NCBI GenBank assembly: GCA_050253415.1
Contig: JBFWJC010000001.1
Span: forward strand, 872,679-936,678
Direction of reading: 5' to 3'
DNA length: 64,000 nt
Source of the DNA: Pedobacter sp.
Lineage (GTDB): Bacteria; Desulfobacterota; Desulfuromonadia; Desulfuromonadales; Syntrophotaleaceae
The position numbers and the translations under genes were made by a program. Below are positions 39,767 to 49,087 of the stretch, one piece after another. The notes beneath the pieces were generated by a model. The model searched no databases. It was not told the DNA's origin and saw only the letters and a program-made list of their open reading frames with translations. Position 1 is the first letter of the stretch, and each line of letters starts with the position of its first letter.

Positions 39767-40273
39767 TCAGTGGCTCATGAATCTTTCGACATGCAACAGA
39801 ATCTTGACCGAATCGCCGGTCTTGCCAATACCCATGATATAACTCTTGGTCCCTCCCATGTCGCCTGACTGAGCTGTTTCGATTTGATCCTGGGCGATGT
39901 TGGCGACTTCGTTAACCTGGTCAACAATCATGCCGGTAGTCTGGTTGTTAACATGGATGACGACGATGCAGGTCCGCTCATCGTAGGCACGCTCCGGTAG
40001 CCCGAAACGGGCGCGGACGTCGACCACCGGGATGATGCGTCCTCGCAGATTAATGACCCCTTTAATGAAGTGCGGCATGTCAGGCACCTTGGTGATCTTT
40101 TGAACGCCGATGATTTCCGTGACGAATTCGATGCCCATGCCGTATTCTTCATCCCCGATCCAAAAAGTGAGGAACTTATCCTTCATGGTGTCTTCGGAAT
40201 CGAACATATCGACGTTGGCTCTATTGGCAGGTGTCTGGAGTATCTGTTCCGCATTCTGTGTGGTATTTTGCAT
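39767..40273 (-). CDS. cheW: Chemotaxis adaptor CheW
   Basis: KFLTF and VPDMPHFIKGVINLRGRIIPVVD. Confidence 0.94.
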   Translation of the reverse strand: MQNTTQNAEQILQTPANRANVDMFDSEDTMKDKFLTFWIGDEEYGMGIEFVTEIIGVQKITKVPDMPHFIKGVINLRGRIIPVVDVRARFGLPERAYDERTCIVVIHVNNQTTGMIVDQVNEVANIAQDQIETAQSGDMGGTKSYIMGIGKTGDSVKILLHVERFMSH

Positions 40274-40313
40274 GACTTCCCTCTCTTCCGTGAGAGGCCG
40301 TGTGGCCAGCCTC

Positions 40314-40346
40314 AAATAAAAAATCCACCTTCAAGCCGAAGGTGGA
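40314..40346 (-). terminator. Leader terminator (riboswitch expression platform)
   Basis: tccaccttc/gaaggtgga stem plus UUUUUUAUUU on the minus strand, between the aptamer and cheW. Confidence 0.8.
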
Positions 40347-40400
40347 CCAAGACATCAGCCCGATTGAAGAGAGGCCTGCTGTCTGCGCGTCGTCGGTTTC

Positions 40401-40477
40401 TTCGGTAACCTGGCGGCCCGGTCAACCCGGGTCCATGGCTTTGCGTCGCCGGGTCGCCCCGGGTTTGCTTTTATCGG
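40401..40477 (-). ncRNA. GEMM-I cyclic-dinucleotide riboswitch (A20 variant) upstream of cheW
   Basis: Minus strand CCGAUAAAAGCAAACCCGGG-GCGA-CCCGGCGACGCAAAGCC...CCGCCAGGUUACCG with GNRA loop and GEMM-I consensus blocks. Confidence 0.9.
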
Positions 40478-40624
40478 AAATATTATGTGAGTTATTTAGT
40501 ACGATTTCCTTTGTGCCATAAATAAATGGTCAGGTCAATAAACAAAGCATGAGAGTCGAAGGCCCGGAGGGTATTACAGGGTATTGAGAGTCACCTGCGA
40601 TCGCTGTCATTGTGCTCTTGAATT

Positions 40625-40661
40625 AAAAAGCAGGGCCGGATTATTCCGACCCTGCTTTTTT
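40625..40661. terminator. Terminator of the OmpA-family gene
   Basis: aaaaagcaggg...ccctgctttttt. Confidence 0.8.
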
Positions 40662-40678
40662 GGTTTATGTCGGAACTG

Positions 40679-41941
40679 TTATTCAGGCAGAACCGCGCAG
40701 CATACGAGTTCAACGCGGCGGTTCTGGTAGCGACCTTCTTCCGTATCGTTGGTGGCAACCGGCTGGGTTTCTCCCATGCCCTTGGCCTTAAGCTTGGTGG
40801 CATCCAGACCGTAGTTGGTGATCAGCGCCTGCCGGACAGCTTCGGCCCGCCGCTGGGAAAGCTTCATGTTGTAGGCGTCCTTGCCCTTGCTGTCCGTATG
40901 TCCGGTCAGTACGATGAAGGGAACGTGGCTATTGGCGCGAACAAAAGCCGCGGCCTTGTCCAGTTCCGTTTTGAATTCAGGCTTGATCACAGCCTTGTCG
41001 AAATCGAAATTGATGTGCAGGGTGAGTTTGAGTTCGCAGCCCGTGTCGTCGACGAGGGTGCCCTTAGGGGTGCCGGGGCACTGGTCGAGGTAGTCGAAGA
41101 CACCGTCGCCGTCACTATCAAGGGGGCAGCCCTTGGCATCTACCGGTGCGCCTTTGGGGGTGTCGGGGCACTGGTCGAGGTAGTCGAAGACACCGTCGCC
41201 GTCACTATCGAGGGGGCAGCCTTTGGCATCTACCGGTGCGCCTTTGGGGGTATCGGGGCACTGATCGAGGTAGTCGAAGACACCGTCGCCGTCGCTATCG
41301 AGGGGGCAGCCCTTGGCATCCACAGCAGCACCTTTGGGGGTGTCGGGGCACTGGTCGAGGTCGTCCGTTACGCCGTCGCCATCCGAATCCATGGGGGCTT
41401 TTTTAACCGGTTGCTCGGTTCCGGCAAACTGAAATTTGAAGCCGGCCGTATAGATGAAATTGTTTTCCAGATTGCTTTCGTTGAAGCCGATCATATGACG
41501 GACATCCGCGCGCAAGGCTACGTTCTCACCGAGGAAATAAAGCAGACCGGCACCGTAGTTGGTCATGAACTCATCGTCGCCGTCAAGGGTGTAGCCGCCT
41601 ACCCCGGCTGCCAGGTAAGGGACCAGTTTGTTGTCCGGCATGAAGTGGTAGAGAGCGTCCAGGCGATAGTTCCAGAAGTCGGCATCGTCGCCAGAACCTT
41701 CTTTGTCGAGATTGGCTCCGGCGATTACCGCCTCAAGTCCCAAAGCCTGGGTGAAGTTATAGCCGAGACCGAGGCTGTATGCGAGGCCATTACTGTCGAC
41801 AGGCTGATCGCCTTCCATGGTGATGCCGCCGAGCATGGGCGACAACGTCAATACTCCTGTTTTGATTTCGGCCTGCGAGATGGCTGGCATCGCGCACAAC
41901 GACAGCACAAGTGCGGCAACGAGAGATTTTACGATTTTCAT
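40679..41941 (-). CDS. OmpA family outer-membrane protein with thrombospondin type-3 repeats
   Basis: Signal peptide, beta-barrel, DSDGDGV repeats; GHTDSKG, LSQRRA and NRRVE. Confidence 0.94.
   Translation of the reverse strand: MKIVKSLVAALVLSLCAMPAISQAEIKTGVLTLSPMLGGITMEGDQPVDSNGLAYSLGLGYNFTQALGLEAVIAGANLDKEGSGDDADFWNYRLDALYHFMPDNKLVPYLAAGVGGYTLDGDDEFMTNYGAGLLYFLGENVALRADVRHMIGFNESNLENNFIYTAGFKFQFAGTEQPVKKAPMDSDGDGVTDDLDQCPDTPKGAAVDAKGCPLDSDGDGVFDYLDQCPDTPKGAPVDAKGCPLDSDGDGVFDYLDQCPDTPKGAPVDAKGCPLDSDGDGVFDYLDQCPGTPKGTLVDDTGCELKLTLHINFDFDKAVIKPEFKTELDKAAAFVRANSHVPFIVLTGHTDSKGKDAYNMKLSQRRAEAVRQALITNYGLDATKLKAKGMGETQPVATNDTEEGRYQNRRVELVCCAVLPE
41030..41389 (-). repeat. Four tandem 90-bp coding repeats (30-aa TSP3-type Ca-binding units)
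   Basis: DSDGDGVFDYLDQCPDTPKGAPVDAKGCPL unit four times; the middle two copies are identical in protein. Confidence 0.92.
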
Positions 41942-42179
41942 TCAATACCTCCATTTTGGAATTTCAAGGTTGGACATAAAACTTACCGCAGCGGTAATAG
42001 TTTATGATCTTACCACTACGGTAAGTTGTCTTCAAGGAGTATAATTTTTCATGGCTCATTGTTTTTTGTTTATTTGTCCGGGGTCCGGCATTTTTCTTGT
42101 GGGGCAAAGGGTTGAAATGCATTCATACTATCATGTTTTAGGCTTCCGTCCAGCGCGTCTCACTATCTCTCAAAAAGCA

Positions 42180-42206
42180 AAGCCCCGGCAGAGGTTGCCG
42201 GGGCTT
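42180..42206 (-). terminator. Terminator after lemA
   Basis: aagccccggca/tgccggggctt with a U-rich tail on the minus strand. Confidence 0.75.
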
Positions 42207-42233
42207 GAGGTTCGTTGAGTCGGGAATGCAGTG

Positions 42234-42806
42234 TTACATGTGCTGGAAATTGACTTCGACATCCTGTCGGTGGGCCGGGTCGATCTTCCACAGAGACCGG
42301 CGCACGAAATTGAAGGCGCGTGCGATAATGATATCGGGGAATTGTTCTATGCGGATATTGTAAAGGTTGGCGGCATCGTTGAAGAATTCACGACGGTCGG
42401 CGATCTGGTCTTCGATCTCTGAGATGCGATTGCCGAGGTTGCGAAATACGGCGTCGGCCTTGAGGTCCGGATAGCGCTCTACCACCATGAACAGGGACTT
42501 CAGCGTGTCGCTCAGCATGTTCTGTGCTTCGAGTTTTTGCTGTGTTCCACGGGCGTTTTGCACCAAGGAGCGGGCTTTGATAACCGCTTCAAGGGTTTTC
42601 TGTTCGTGTTGCATGTACCCCTCGCAGACCTTGATCAGTTTGGGTAACTCGTCAAAGCGCTGTTTGAGCAGGACATCGATATTGCTCCAGGCCCGGTCGA
42701 TATTGTTTCTAAGGCTCACTAATCCATTGTAAATAGTAATGATGTAGCCGACAAATATCGCCAGAAGTAAAGCCAGTACCCCAAGAAAAATAATAAAAGC
42801 CATCAT
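42234..42806 (-). CDS. lemA: LemA family protein
   Basis: N-terminal TM segment; YNGLV, WSNIDVLLKQR and ERYPDLKA. Confidence 0.92.
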   Translation of the reverse strand: MMAFIIFLGVLALLLAIFVGYIITIYNGLVSLRNNIDRAWSNIDVLLKQRFDELPKLIKVCEGYMQHEQKTLEAVIKARSLVQNARGTQQKLEAQNMLSDTLKSLFMVVERYPDLKADAVFRNLGNRISEIEDQIADRREFFNDAANLYNIRIEQFPDIIIARAFNFVRRSLWKIDPAHRQDVEVNFQHM

Positions 42807-42829
42807 CTCCTCCTCGTCTGTAGACCTTT

Positions 42830-44734
42830 TTACGGCTGCAGATAGTCTTTCAGTGTCATGAGAGTCCAGGTCACGCCAGCCAGTGCCCCGGCAAACAGGG
42901 GCACGGTCAGCAGGGTATAATTACGCACCAGGTGTAATTCCGATTCGGTTTGGGCGATAACAAACGGGATGGAGTGCCGATGAGGCCGCTTGATGACCAC
43001 GCGGTCGCTTTGAATCGGTTGCATATGCTCATTGGTCAGGCTTTGTTGTAACACTTGTTGTTCGATGCTGGAACGTGCATGTTCCCATTCCGTTTCACAT
43101 ATGTGGCCGTCGCCGTTGCGGTCGTAGTGCTGCAGGGCGGCGGGATTGCGCTTCAGCTCCTGCAGGGTTTTGGTTACCCTTTCGCGTAAAGGTATCCGTG
43201 CCTGTTGGCTTGCCCCTGCCTGGCCGAGAATGAAAAGCTGGGCACCTTCGGAGACGACTTCTTCCACCCATTTTTCATCGCTGCTTCCGATGGACCCGAA
43301 CAGGGAGGTTGACCGGTCACCGTAGGATTCCTGACGTTCGCGAGCCGAGACAGACGCTCCGCGCGGATCGATGGTAACTTTGCCGGTTTCGTCCTCCAGG
43401 TAAAAGGGCACATGGCTGCTGTCCGTGGAATGCGACAGGCGCCAGTTATTTTTACTGTCTCGACGGTATTTCCGCAAACGGTAAAAAACACAAGGTAGTT
43501 GGCCCACCGGAGATACCAGTGCGTATTTACGCACCGCACGCCCTTGAAGCTCCACCAGGCCCATGGCCAGAGACCGGGCTTTACTGGTGGGGGTGTTTTC
43601 GATGTATCTTTTCAATCGCAAAAAATGAAACCCTCCCCAAAGGCAGGCGCCACTAAGAATCATTGGCAGAATGGCGGTGCGCACGCCGAACTTCAAGGCC
43701 GTCGCCAATAAATCGTTGCCAATGGTGGTCAACAGGCCAAACCCTGTCGCGACGGCGAAACCCAGGGTAAGTTGCGGTTTTATGGAACGATGGCTGCCAT
43801 CCGACGCAGGGGGAGTCGGCAGGCTGGCGGGGGCGGGCGCCGGTGGGGGAGAGGCCGGGATGTCGTCCCCTATTTCCTGACACAGCGCTTGGAAAAATGG
43901 CAGAGGGGCTGCGCCAGCAGCGTCCCTGCTGTAAGCTTCGGAAGGTGCGAGCTCGGTCATGAGCCATCCAAAACGCGTTAAGGCGGCCAGGTTGTCACGC
44001 TGCCAATGCAGACCCTCCTCGTCGTTTTTCAGACGGCACCCGGGCAGATTGGCAAGGCCGAAATCCAGAACCAGGCGGGCGTCCTGCACATGGCTGCGAA
44101 CCAACTCGAGAACGATTTTGAGATTGCCGATTGCGCTGAGGGTGGCGTGTTCACCCAGACCGCTCGGATCAAAACGGCCCGGCAGAATGCGTACTCCGGC
44201 ATCGACGCGTCCCAGGTCGTTGAAGCGATACAGGTCCAGGACCGGTTTGCCGCGCAGAATGGCTCTGGTTAATTCTTCATCGCTTAGGGGCCGGACATCA
44301 CGGATTCCGCTATAGACGTGTTGTGCCATGAGGTATTTGAGATTTTTTGCTGCGGCTTCTCCGGACAGGTCGGCAAGTATCGCCATGATCCGATGTTCCG
44401 GGTCCAGAGTGACAACCCGTTCGTCCGTCAGCAGGGACAGTTGTCCGTTGCCGGTACGTAAACCCCGCAATCTCAGAGGGGTAAAACGTGGTGGCCGCGA
44501 CTCGATGATCCAGCAGCGAATGTCCTGTTCCGTAAGCAGTGCGGCAATGCCTTCCAGACGTTCCTGTGAGCCTTCCGCGATCAGGTTGGGCCCGCGACCG
44601 ATGAGGCGTTGTTGCAGGAGGAAGGTATCAAGCTGATACTTTCGGGCCAGCAGTGGTCGCAGTTGAGCCAGTTTTTCATTGTCGGAAGGGATGCTTTGGG
44701 CTATCAACAGGTATGTGGGGGAGGGTTGGGTCAT
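42830..44734 (-). CDS. Membrane protein with GIDE-like domain and EF-hand-like loop
   Basis: IENTPTSKARSLAMGLVELQG, PFYLEDETG and DRNGDGHICETEW. Confidence 0.75.
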   Translation of the reverse strand: MTQPSPTYLLIAQSIPSDNEKLAQLRPLLARKYQLDTFLLQQRLIGRGPNLIAEGSQERLEGIAALLTEQDIRCWIIESRPPRFTPLRLRGLRTGNGQLSLLTDERVVTLDPEHRIMAILADLSGEAAAKNLKYLMAQHVYSGIRDVRPLSDEELTRAILRGKPVLDLYRFNDLGRVDAGVRILPGRFDPSGLGEHATLSAIGNLKIVLELVRSHVQDARLVLDFGLANLPGCRLKNDEEGLHWQRDNLAALTRFGWLMTELAPSEAYSRDAAGAAPLPFFQALCQEIGDDIPASPPPAPAPASLPTPPASDGSHRSIKPQLTLGFAVATGFGLLTTIGNDLLATALKFGVRTAILPMILSGACLWGGFHFLRLKRYIENTPTSKARSLAMGLVELQGRAVRKYALVSPVGQLPCVFYRLRKYRRDSKNNWRLSHSTDSSHVPFYLEDETGKVTIDPRGASVSARERQESYGDRSTSLFGSIGSSDEKWVEEVVSEGAQLFILGQAGASQQARIPLRERVTKTLQELKRNPAALQHYDRNGDGHICETEWEHARSSIEQQVLQQSLTNEHMQPIQSDRVVIKRPHRHSIPFVIAQTESELHLVRNYTLLTVPLFAGALAGVTWTLMTLKDYLQP

Positions 44735-44903
44735 GAAAAAGTCATCCGGTTTTGGTTTTAAAAACGCAAGGTACCTTTATAGCGCGTTGCTCCTTTGACG
44801 ATCAAGTGCTTTGCGTCAAGCCTGCCAGCTTGTGATAATTGTCTTGGTACCCTTTATATGGTAGGGTAACAGCGTTTTTTATTTCCTATCAGGAGTTTAA
44901 CTT

Positions 44904-45467
44904 ATGGCTACAACCGGTGATTTGAAACGGAATCTGGTTATCCAGATCGACAATGCGCCCTGCCTGGTGCTCGACGTGACCACTCAGACCCCCTCGGCCC
45001 GTGGCGGCAGCACCCTGATCAAAACCAAGTACCGCAATCTGCTGACCGGGCAGGTTCTCGAAAAGGCCTTCAAAAGTGGCGAACGTGTTGAAGATGCTGA
45101 TTTTGAACGCCGCAAAGGCCAGTTCCTGTACGCCGGTGACAACCATGGCGTGTTCATGGATCTGGAAAATTACGAACAATATGAGATCAGCGGGGCTATG
45201 TATGAGGATGCCCAGGGTTACCTGACCGAGGGACTGGAGCTTCAACTCGGGGTGTTTCAGGGGCAGGTGGTCAGCATCGATTTGCCCCAGAACGTGGAAC
45301 TGCTCGTCACCGAGACGGCGCCTGCGCTTAAAAATGCCACGGCTACCGCTCAAACCAAAGAGGCCATCCTGGAAACCGGTCTGCGTCTACAGGTTCCGCC
45401 GTATCTGGAGACAGGCGAGCGCATCAAGGTCGATACTCGCGAGTGCCGGTTTATTTCCAGGGCTTGA
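44904..45467 (+). CDS. Elongation factor P paralogue, EfpL/YeiP type
   Basis: EF-P fold motifs (FMDLENYEQ, LETG..VP.Y, IKVDTR); loop PSARG with Arg at position 33. Confidence 0.88.
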   Translation: MATTGDLKRNLVIQIDNAPCLVLDVTTQTPSARGGSTLIKTKYRNLLTGQVLEKAFKSGERVEDADFERRKGQFLYAGDNHGVFMDLENYEQYEISGAMYEDAQGYLTEGLELQLGVFQGQVVSIDLPQNVELLVTETAPALKNATATAQTKEAILETGLRLQVPPYLETGERIKVDTRECRFISRA

Positions 45468-45656
45468 GGATCGTCGTACTGATTTTTTCATATGAAAGCG
45501 TCGGGATAATTAATCCAAATCGAAATCTCTATCAGGATCGAGCGCTTCCGCCCGGCATTTCCATTTTGATCCCGACCAAATCAAATCCTGACAAATTAGT
45601 TGAGGGGCTGACTATATGGTCGGCACCCTTTATTAGCGTGACAAGGAGAGAGAACC

Positions 45657-45959
45657 ATGCCTATTACCGGCCCGCGTATTGTTCGTAATATGAGAGATTT
45701 TATCAGCCGCAACGGAGACGATTGGGCTAACTGGTATATCGGTATTGCCGTGGATCCATCCGATCGCCTGGTCGATGACCACAAGGTTGATATCGGCAGT
45801 GACCTATGGGTATGCAGCGAAGCCTTTACACCGGAAGAAGCGCTTCTGATAAAAGGCCGCTTTGTTGATGAGCACGGAGTTGATAGCGATGATGCCCGTG
45901 ACGAGAAGCAAGGCAGATTTGTGTATGCCTATAAAAAAGCGCCCCATACCAAACCCTGA
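45657..45959 (+). CDS. Hypothetical protein
   Basis: AAGGAG RBS; WYIGIA...RL and FVYAYKK. Confidence 0.72.
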   Translation: MPITGPRIVRNMRDFISRNGDDWANWYIGIAVDPSDRLVDDHKVDIGSDLWVCSEAFTPEEALLIKGRFVDEHGVDSDDARDEKQGRFVYAYKKAPHTKP

Positions 45960-46034
45960 TCTGCAGGCTGTTACAGGTGGCAACTGCTGTCAACACCTGT
46001 CATGCAAGGTTGATCTGACTGTTGATTTGACAAT

Positions 46035-46066
46035 AAAAAAGGCCGCTCCTTTGGGAGCGGCCTTTT
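46035..46066. terminator. Bidirectional terminator
   Basis: aaaaaaggccgctcc-tttg-ggagcggcctttt. Confidence 0.85.
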
Positions 46067-46088
46067 GCGTATCGGTAAAGCGTCAAGC

Positions 46089-46679
46089 TTACAGAGGCAA
46101 CAACTTCTTGCCATAAACTTCGTTGATAACCTGAGCAAGGCCGGTGTAGATGGCGCTCATGCCACAGAAAATGCCTTCGTAACCGGCAATCATTCCGATG
46201 GTGTGGCGCATGGGGTTGTCACCGGGGATGGTGTGCTCATAGGCCAGCAGGAAGAACAGGAGAGTCAGGGTGCCGAATACCACCTGCAGGGCGCGGGAGA
46301 GTTTGAAGGTTCCGATGAACAGTACAAAGGTGAACAGACCCCACATGAACAGGAACGCGGTCAGAGCTGCGTCGTCGGCGGCGGGAGCCTTGCCGAAGCC
46401 CATGTCAGGCAGCAGCCACAGGGCAACCAGAACCAGCCAGAACATGCCGTAGGAAGTGAAAGCGGTGGTGGCGAAGGTATTGCCCTTCTTCCATTCCATG
46501 ATGCCGGCGATAACCTGGGCGATGCCGCCATAGAAGATGCCCATGGCCAGGATCATGGCGCTGAGGCCGATGATGTTGGCGTTGTGCAGGTTGAGCAGGA
46601 CGGTGGTCATGCCGAAGCCCATGAGGCCCAGAGGCGCGGGATTCGCGGTTTTGTCGACGATCGAGAGCTGATCTGCCAT
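46089..46679 (-). CDS. satP: Acetate uptake transporter (GPR1/FUN34/YaaH)
   Basis: [15 protein letters not shown] signature and GNTF..TAFTSYG. Confidence 0.94.
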   Translation of the reverse strand: MADQLSIVDKTANPAPLGLMGFGMTTVLLNLHNANIIGLSAMILAMGIFYGGIAQVIAGIMEWKKGNTFATTAFTSYGMFWLVLVALWLLPDMGFGKAPAADDAALTAFLFMWGLFTFVLFIGTFKLSRALQVVFGTLTLLFFLLAYEHTIPGDNPMRHTIGMIAGYEGIFCGMSAIYTGLAQVINEVYGKKLLPL

Positions 46680-47041
46680 TGTTTGTTTCCTCCCAGAAAA
46701 ATATAGGTTTTGCCGGCAAGGGGTGCCGACACGAATGATTTCCTACTGGATGTGTTTAGAACCGTGTTTGTAGAAATCGCGGAATTATTATTTAGAATGG
46801 GTCGCGAAGTCAAGTCCCCAGTGCCTTAAAATCAGTTCCGATATGGTATACGTTCAAGTTTGTGGGCCTATGTAACGACCTGATGTACAGTAGGAAATTG
46901 GGTGTTGGTGGTCATGTTCAGGACTGCTGTCGGCAAAGGTTGACCGGTGGCGGGGGGCTTGCTACTCTCATGTTTCACTGATGTTGCCGGAATAGTGTTG
47001 CTCAGACCGGTAACGTTAAGCACAGCTTTCAACCTCTTAAG

Positions 47042-48895
47042 ATGACGGAAAACGCGATGTTCACCTTTGAAGCCGCAAAGTATCCAACCGCCAGTGGCGT
47101 GTATATCATGAAGGGTGAGCAAGGGACGGTTTTTTATGTTGGTAAGGCGAAGAACCTGCGCAGTCGGTTGCGCAGTTATTTCTCCGAGCATGGGGACAAC
47201 CGCCCGCAGATCCGCTTTTTGCTTAAGCGTGTGTGCGATATCGAGACCATCGTTACCGACACCGAAAAAGAAGCGTTGATCCTGGAAAACACCCTCATCA
47301 AAAAATACCGGCCGCGCTACAACATCAATTTGCGCGATGACAAGACCTATCTTTCATTGCGTCTCGATCCGCGCGAGGAATTCCCCATGCTGCAACTGGT
47401 GCGGCGGGTACGACGCGATGGGGCACTTTATTTCGGTCCCTATGCTTCATCCACGGCGGTGCGCGCCACCCTTAAGGAGATTTATCGAATCTTCCCTCTC
47501 CGGCGACATCCCTTCGAAACCTGTCGCCGTCGTACGCGTCCCTGTCTCTATTATCAGATCGGACAATGCAGCGGGCCCTGTCATGGCAAGATCAGCGCTG
47601 CCGACTATCGTCGGTTGGTCGACGGTGCTCTGGCGTTGCTGGGCGGGCGGGAGACAGAGGTGGTGGCGGCCCTGCGGAGGCAGATGACGGCTGCGGCCGA
47701 GCGTATGGCTTTTGAAGAGGCAGCCCGATTGCGTGATCAGGTGCGGGCCATCGAACAGACTGTCGAGCGGCAGAAGGTCGTTGAATCGGGTGGCGGTGAC
47801 CAGGATGTCATCGGTCTGCATCGTGAAGGGGGGGAGGTGGAGATCGCCATCCTGTTTGTGCGCGAGGGCAAGGTTGTCGATCGCCGTAGCTATAATCTCG
47901 AATGGCGTCTGGATGAGGACGAACTTCTGTCGACATTTTTGCAGCGGTTTTACGGGCGCGAGGTGTGTATCCCCGATCGGGTGTTGTTGCCTTTTCTGCC
48001 GGAGGGTAGCGAGGTGCTTGCTGACTGGCTTAGTGAACTGCGAGGTAAAAAAGTACAGGTATTGGCTCCCCAGCGCGGTTCACGCCGTGAACTGGTGGCG
48101 TTGGCCGGGCGCAACGCCGAGGAAAGTTTTCGTGAGAGAGGTTCCCGGCGCGAGGCTCGCCAGGGGGTGCTGGAGGAGATCGTTACGCGTTTGCAGCTGG
48201 GCCGCTTTCCCCATCGGATCGAATGTTTCGATATCTCCAACGTTCAGGGTCGATTCAGCGTCGGCAGTATGGCGGTGCTTACCGATGGCGAGCCGGACAA
48301 GGCTGCCTACCGGCATTTTCGCATCCGCAGTGTCGAGGGCAGCGATGATTATGCTTCCCTCTATGAGGTTCTCAGGCGTCGATTGGAACGGGGACTGCGC
48401 GAGGACCTGCTGCCCGATTTCATTCTTATGGATGGTGGCAAAGGGCAGTTGACCGTGGTCTGCACCGTGCTGGATGAGTTGCGGCTGACGGGGCGCATCG
48501 ATGTGGCCGGCATCGCCAAAAGCCGGGTAATGGCCAATGTCCGCGGCAAGGTGGTGGAACGCAGCGAAGAGCGGTTCTTTTTACCTGGCCGCAAAAATCC
48601 CGTCAACCTGCGCCAGGGGTCTCCGGCCTTGTTCATGCTCGAGCGCTTGCGTGACGAAGCTCACCGCTTTGCCATTACGCACCATCGCAAGCTGCGTCGC
48701 AGCAGCACTCTGGGCTCCGTGCTGGAGGAGATTGCGGGGATCGGAGAAAAACGTCGCAAGGCATTGTTGAAGTATTTCGGCAGCCTGAAGGCGATTCAGG
48801 CCGCCAGCCTCGACGAGTTGCGGTCCATGCCCGGCCTGCCTGCCGGACTGGCGGAACGTCTCTACGCGGCGTTTCAGGAACGGAAATCATCGTGA
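47042..48895 (+). CDS. uvrC: Excinuclease ABC subunit C
   Basis: GIY-YIG domain (GVYIM...YVGKA), RIECFDIS, DGGKGQ, RDEAHRFA and HhH. Confidence 0.97.
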   Translation: MTENAMFTFEAAKYPTASGVYIMKGEQGTVFYVGKAKNLRSRLRSYFSEHGDNRPQIRFLLKRVCDIETIVTDTEKEALILENTLIKKYRPRYNINLRDDKTYLSLRLDPREEFPMLQLVRRVRRDGALYFGPYASSTAVRATLKEIYRIFPLRRHPFETCRRRTRPCLYYQIGQCSGPCHGKISAADYRRLVDGALALLGGRETEVVAALRRQMTAAAERMAFEEAARLRDQVRAIEQTVERQKVVESGGGDQDVIGLHREGGEVEIAILFVREGKVVDRRSYNLEWRLDEDELLSTFLQRFYGREVCIPDRVLLPFLPEGSEVLADWLSELRGKKVQVLAPQRGSRRELVALAGRNAEESFRERGSRREARQGVLEEIVTRLQLGRFPHRIECFDISNVQGRFSVGSMAVLTDGEPDKAAYRHFRIRSVEGSDDYASLYEVLRRRLERGLREDLLPDFILMDGGKGQLTVVCTVLDELRLTGRIDVAGIAKSRVMANVRGKVVERSEERFFLPGRKNPVNLRQGSPALFMLERLRDEAHRFAITHHRKLRRSSTLGSVLEEIAGIGEKRRKALLKYFGSLKAIQAASLDELRSMPGLPAGLAERLYAAFQERKSS

Positions 48896-48937
48896 GAGAT
48901 TTGGCTGTTTGAATTGTAGATTGGATAAGATTTTGAC

Positions 48938-49022
48938 TTTCTCCGCGCCTTCGCGGCTTCGCGTGAGATAAGAACAGGGGCACTTCTTTTTGTCACGCGA
49001 AGCCGCGAAGAACGCGAAGAAA
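48938..49022. repeat. REP-like inverted repeat with cgcgaag periodicity
   Basis: tttctccgcgccttcgcggcttcgcgtga ... tcacgcgaagccgcgaagaacgcgaagaaa. Confidence 0.7.
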
Positions 49023-49087
49023 ACCTTGAAAGCGTAGCATTGAAAGCCGACAACGCAGAGGTCTCAGCGATATGCTGGGGAAAGGGC

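Noticed and set aside
41030..41389. Regularly spaced repeats resembling a CRISPR array
   Set aside because: Contiguous in-frame 90-bp coding repeats with no unique spacers and no cas genes
40667..42007. 446-aa plus-strand ORF (likewise 13426-14745, 35036-36262 and 49040-50107)
   Set aside because: Antisense shadows of well-supported genes, with no recognisable motifs
45512..45541. Degenerate hexamer run (aatcca aatcga aatctc tatcag gatcga)
   Set aside because: Too short and degenerate to distinguish from chance
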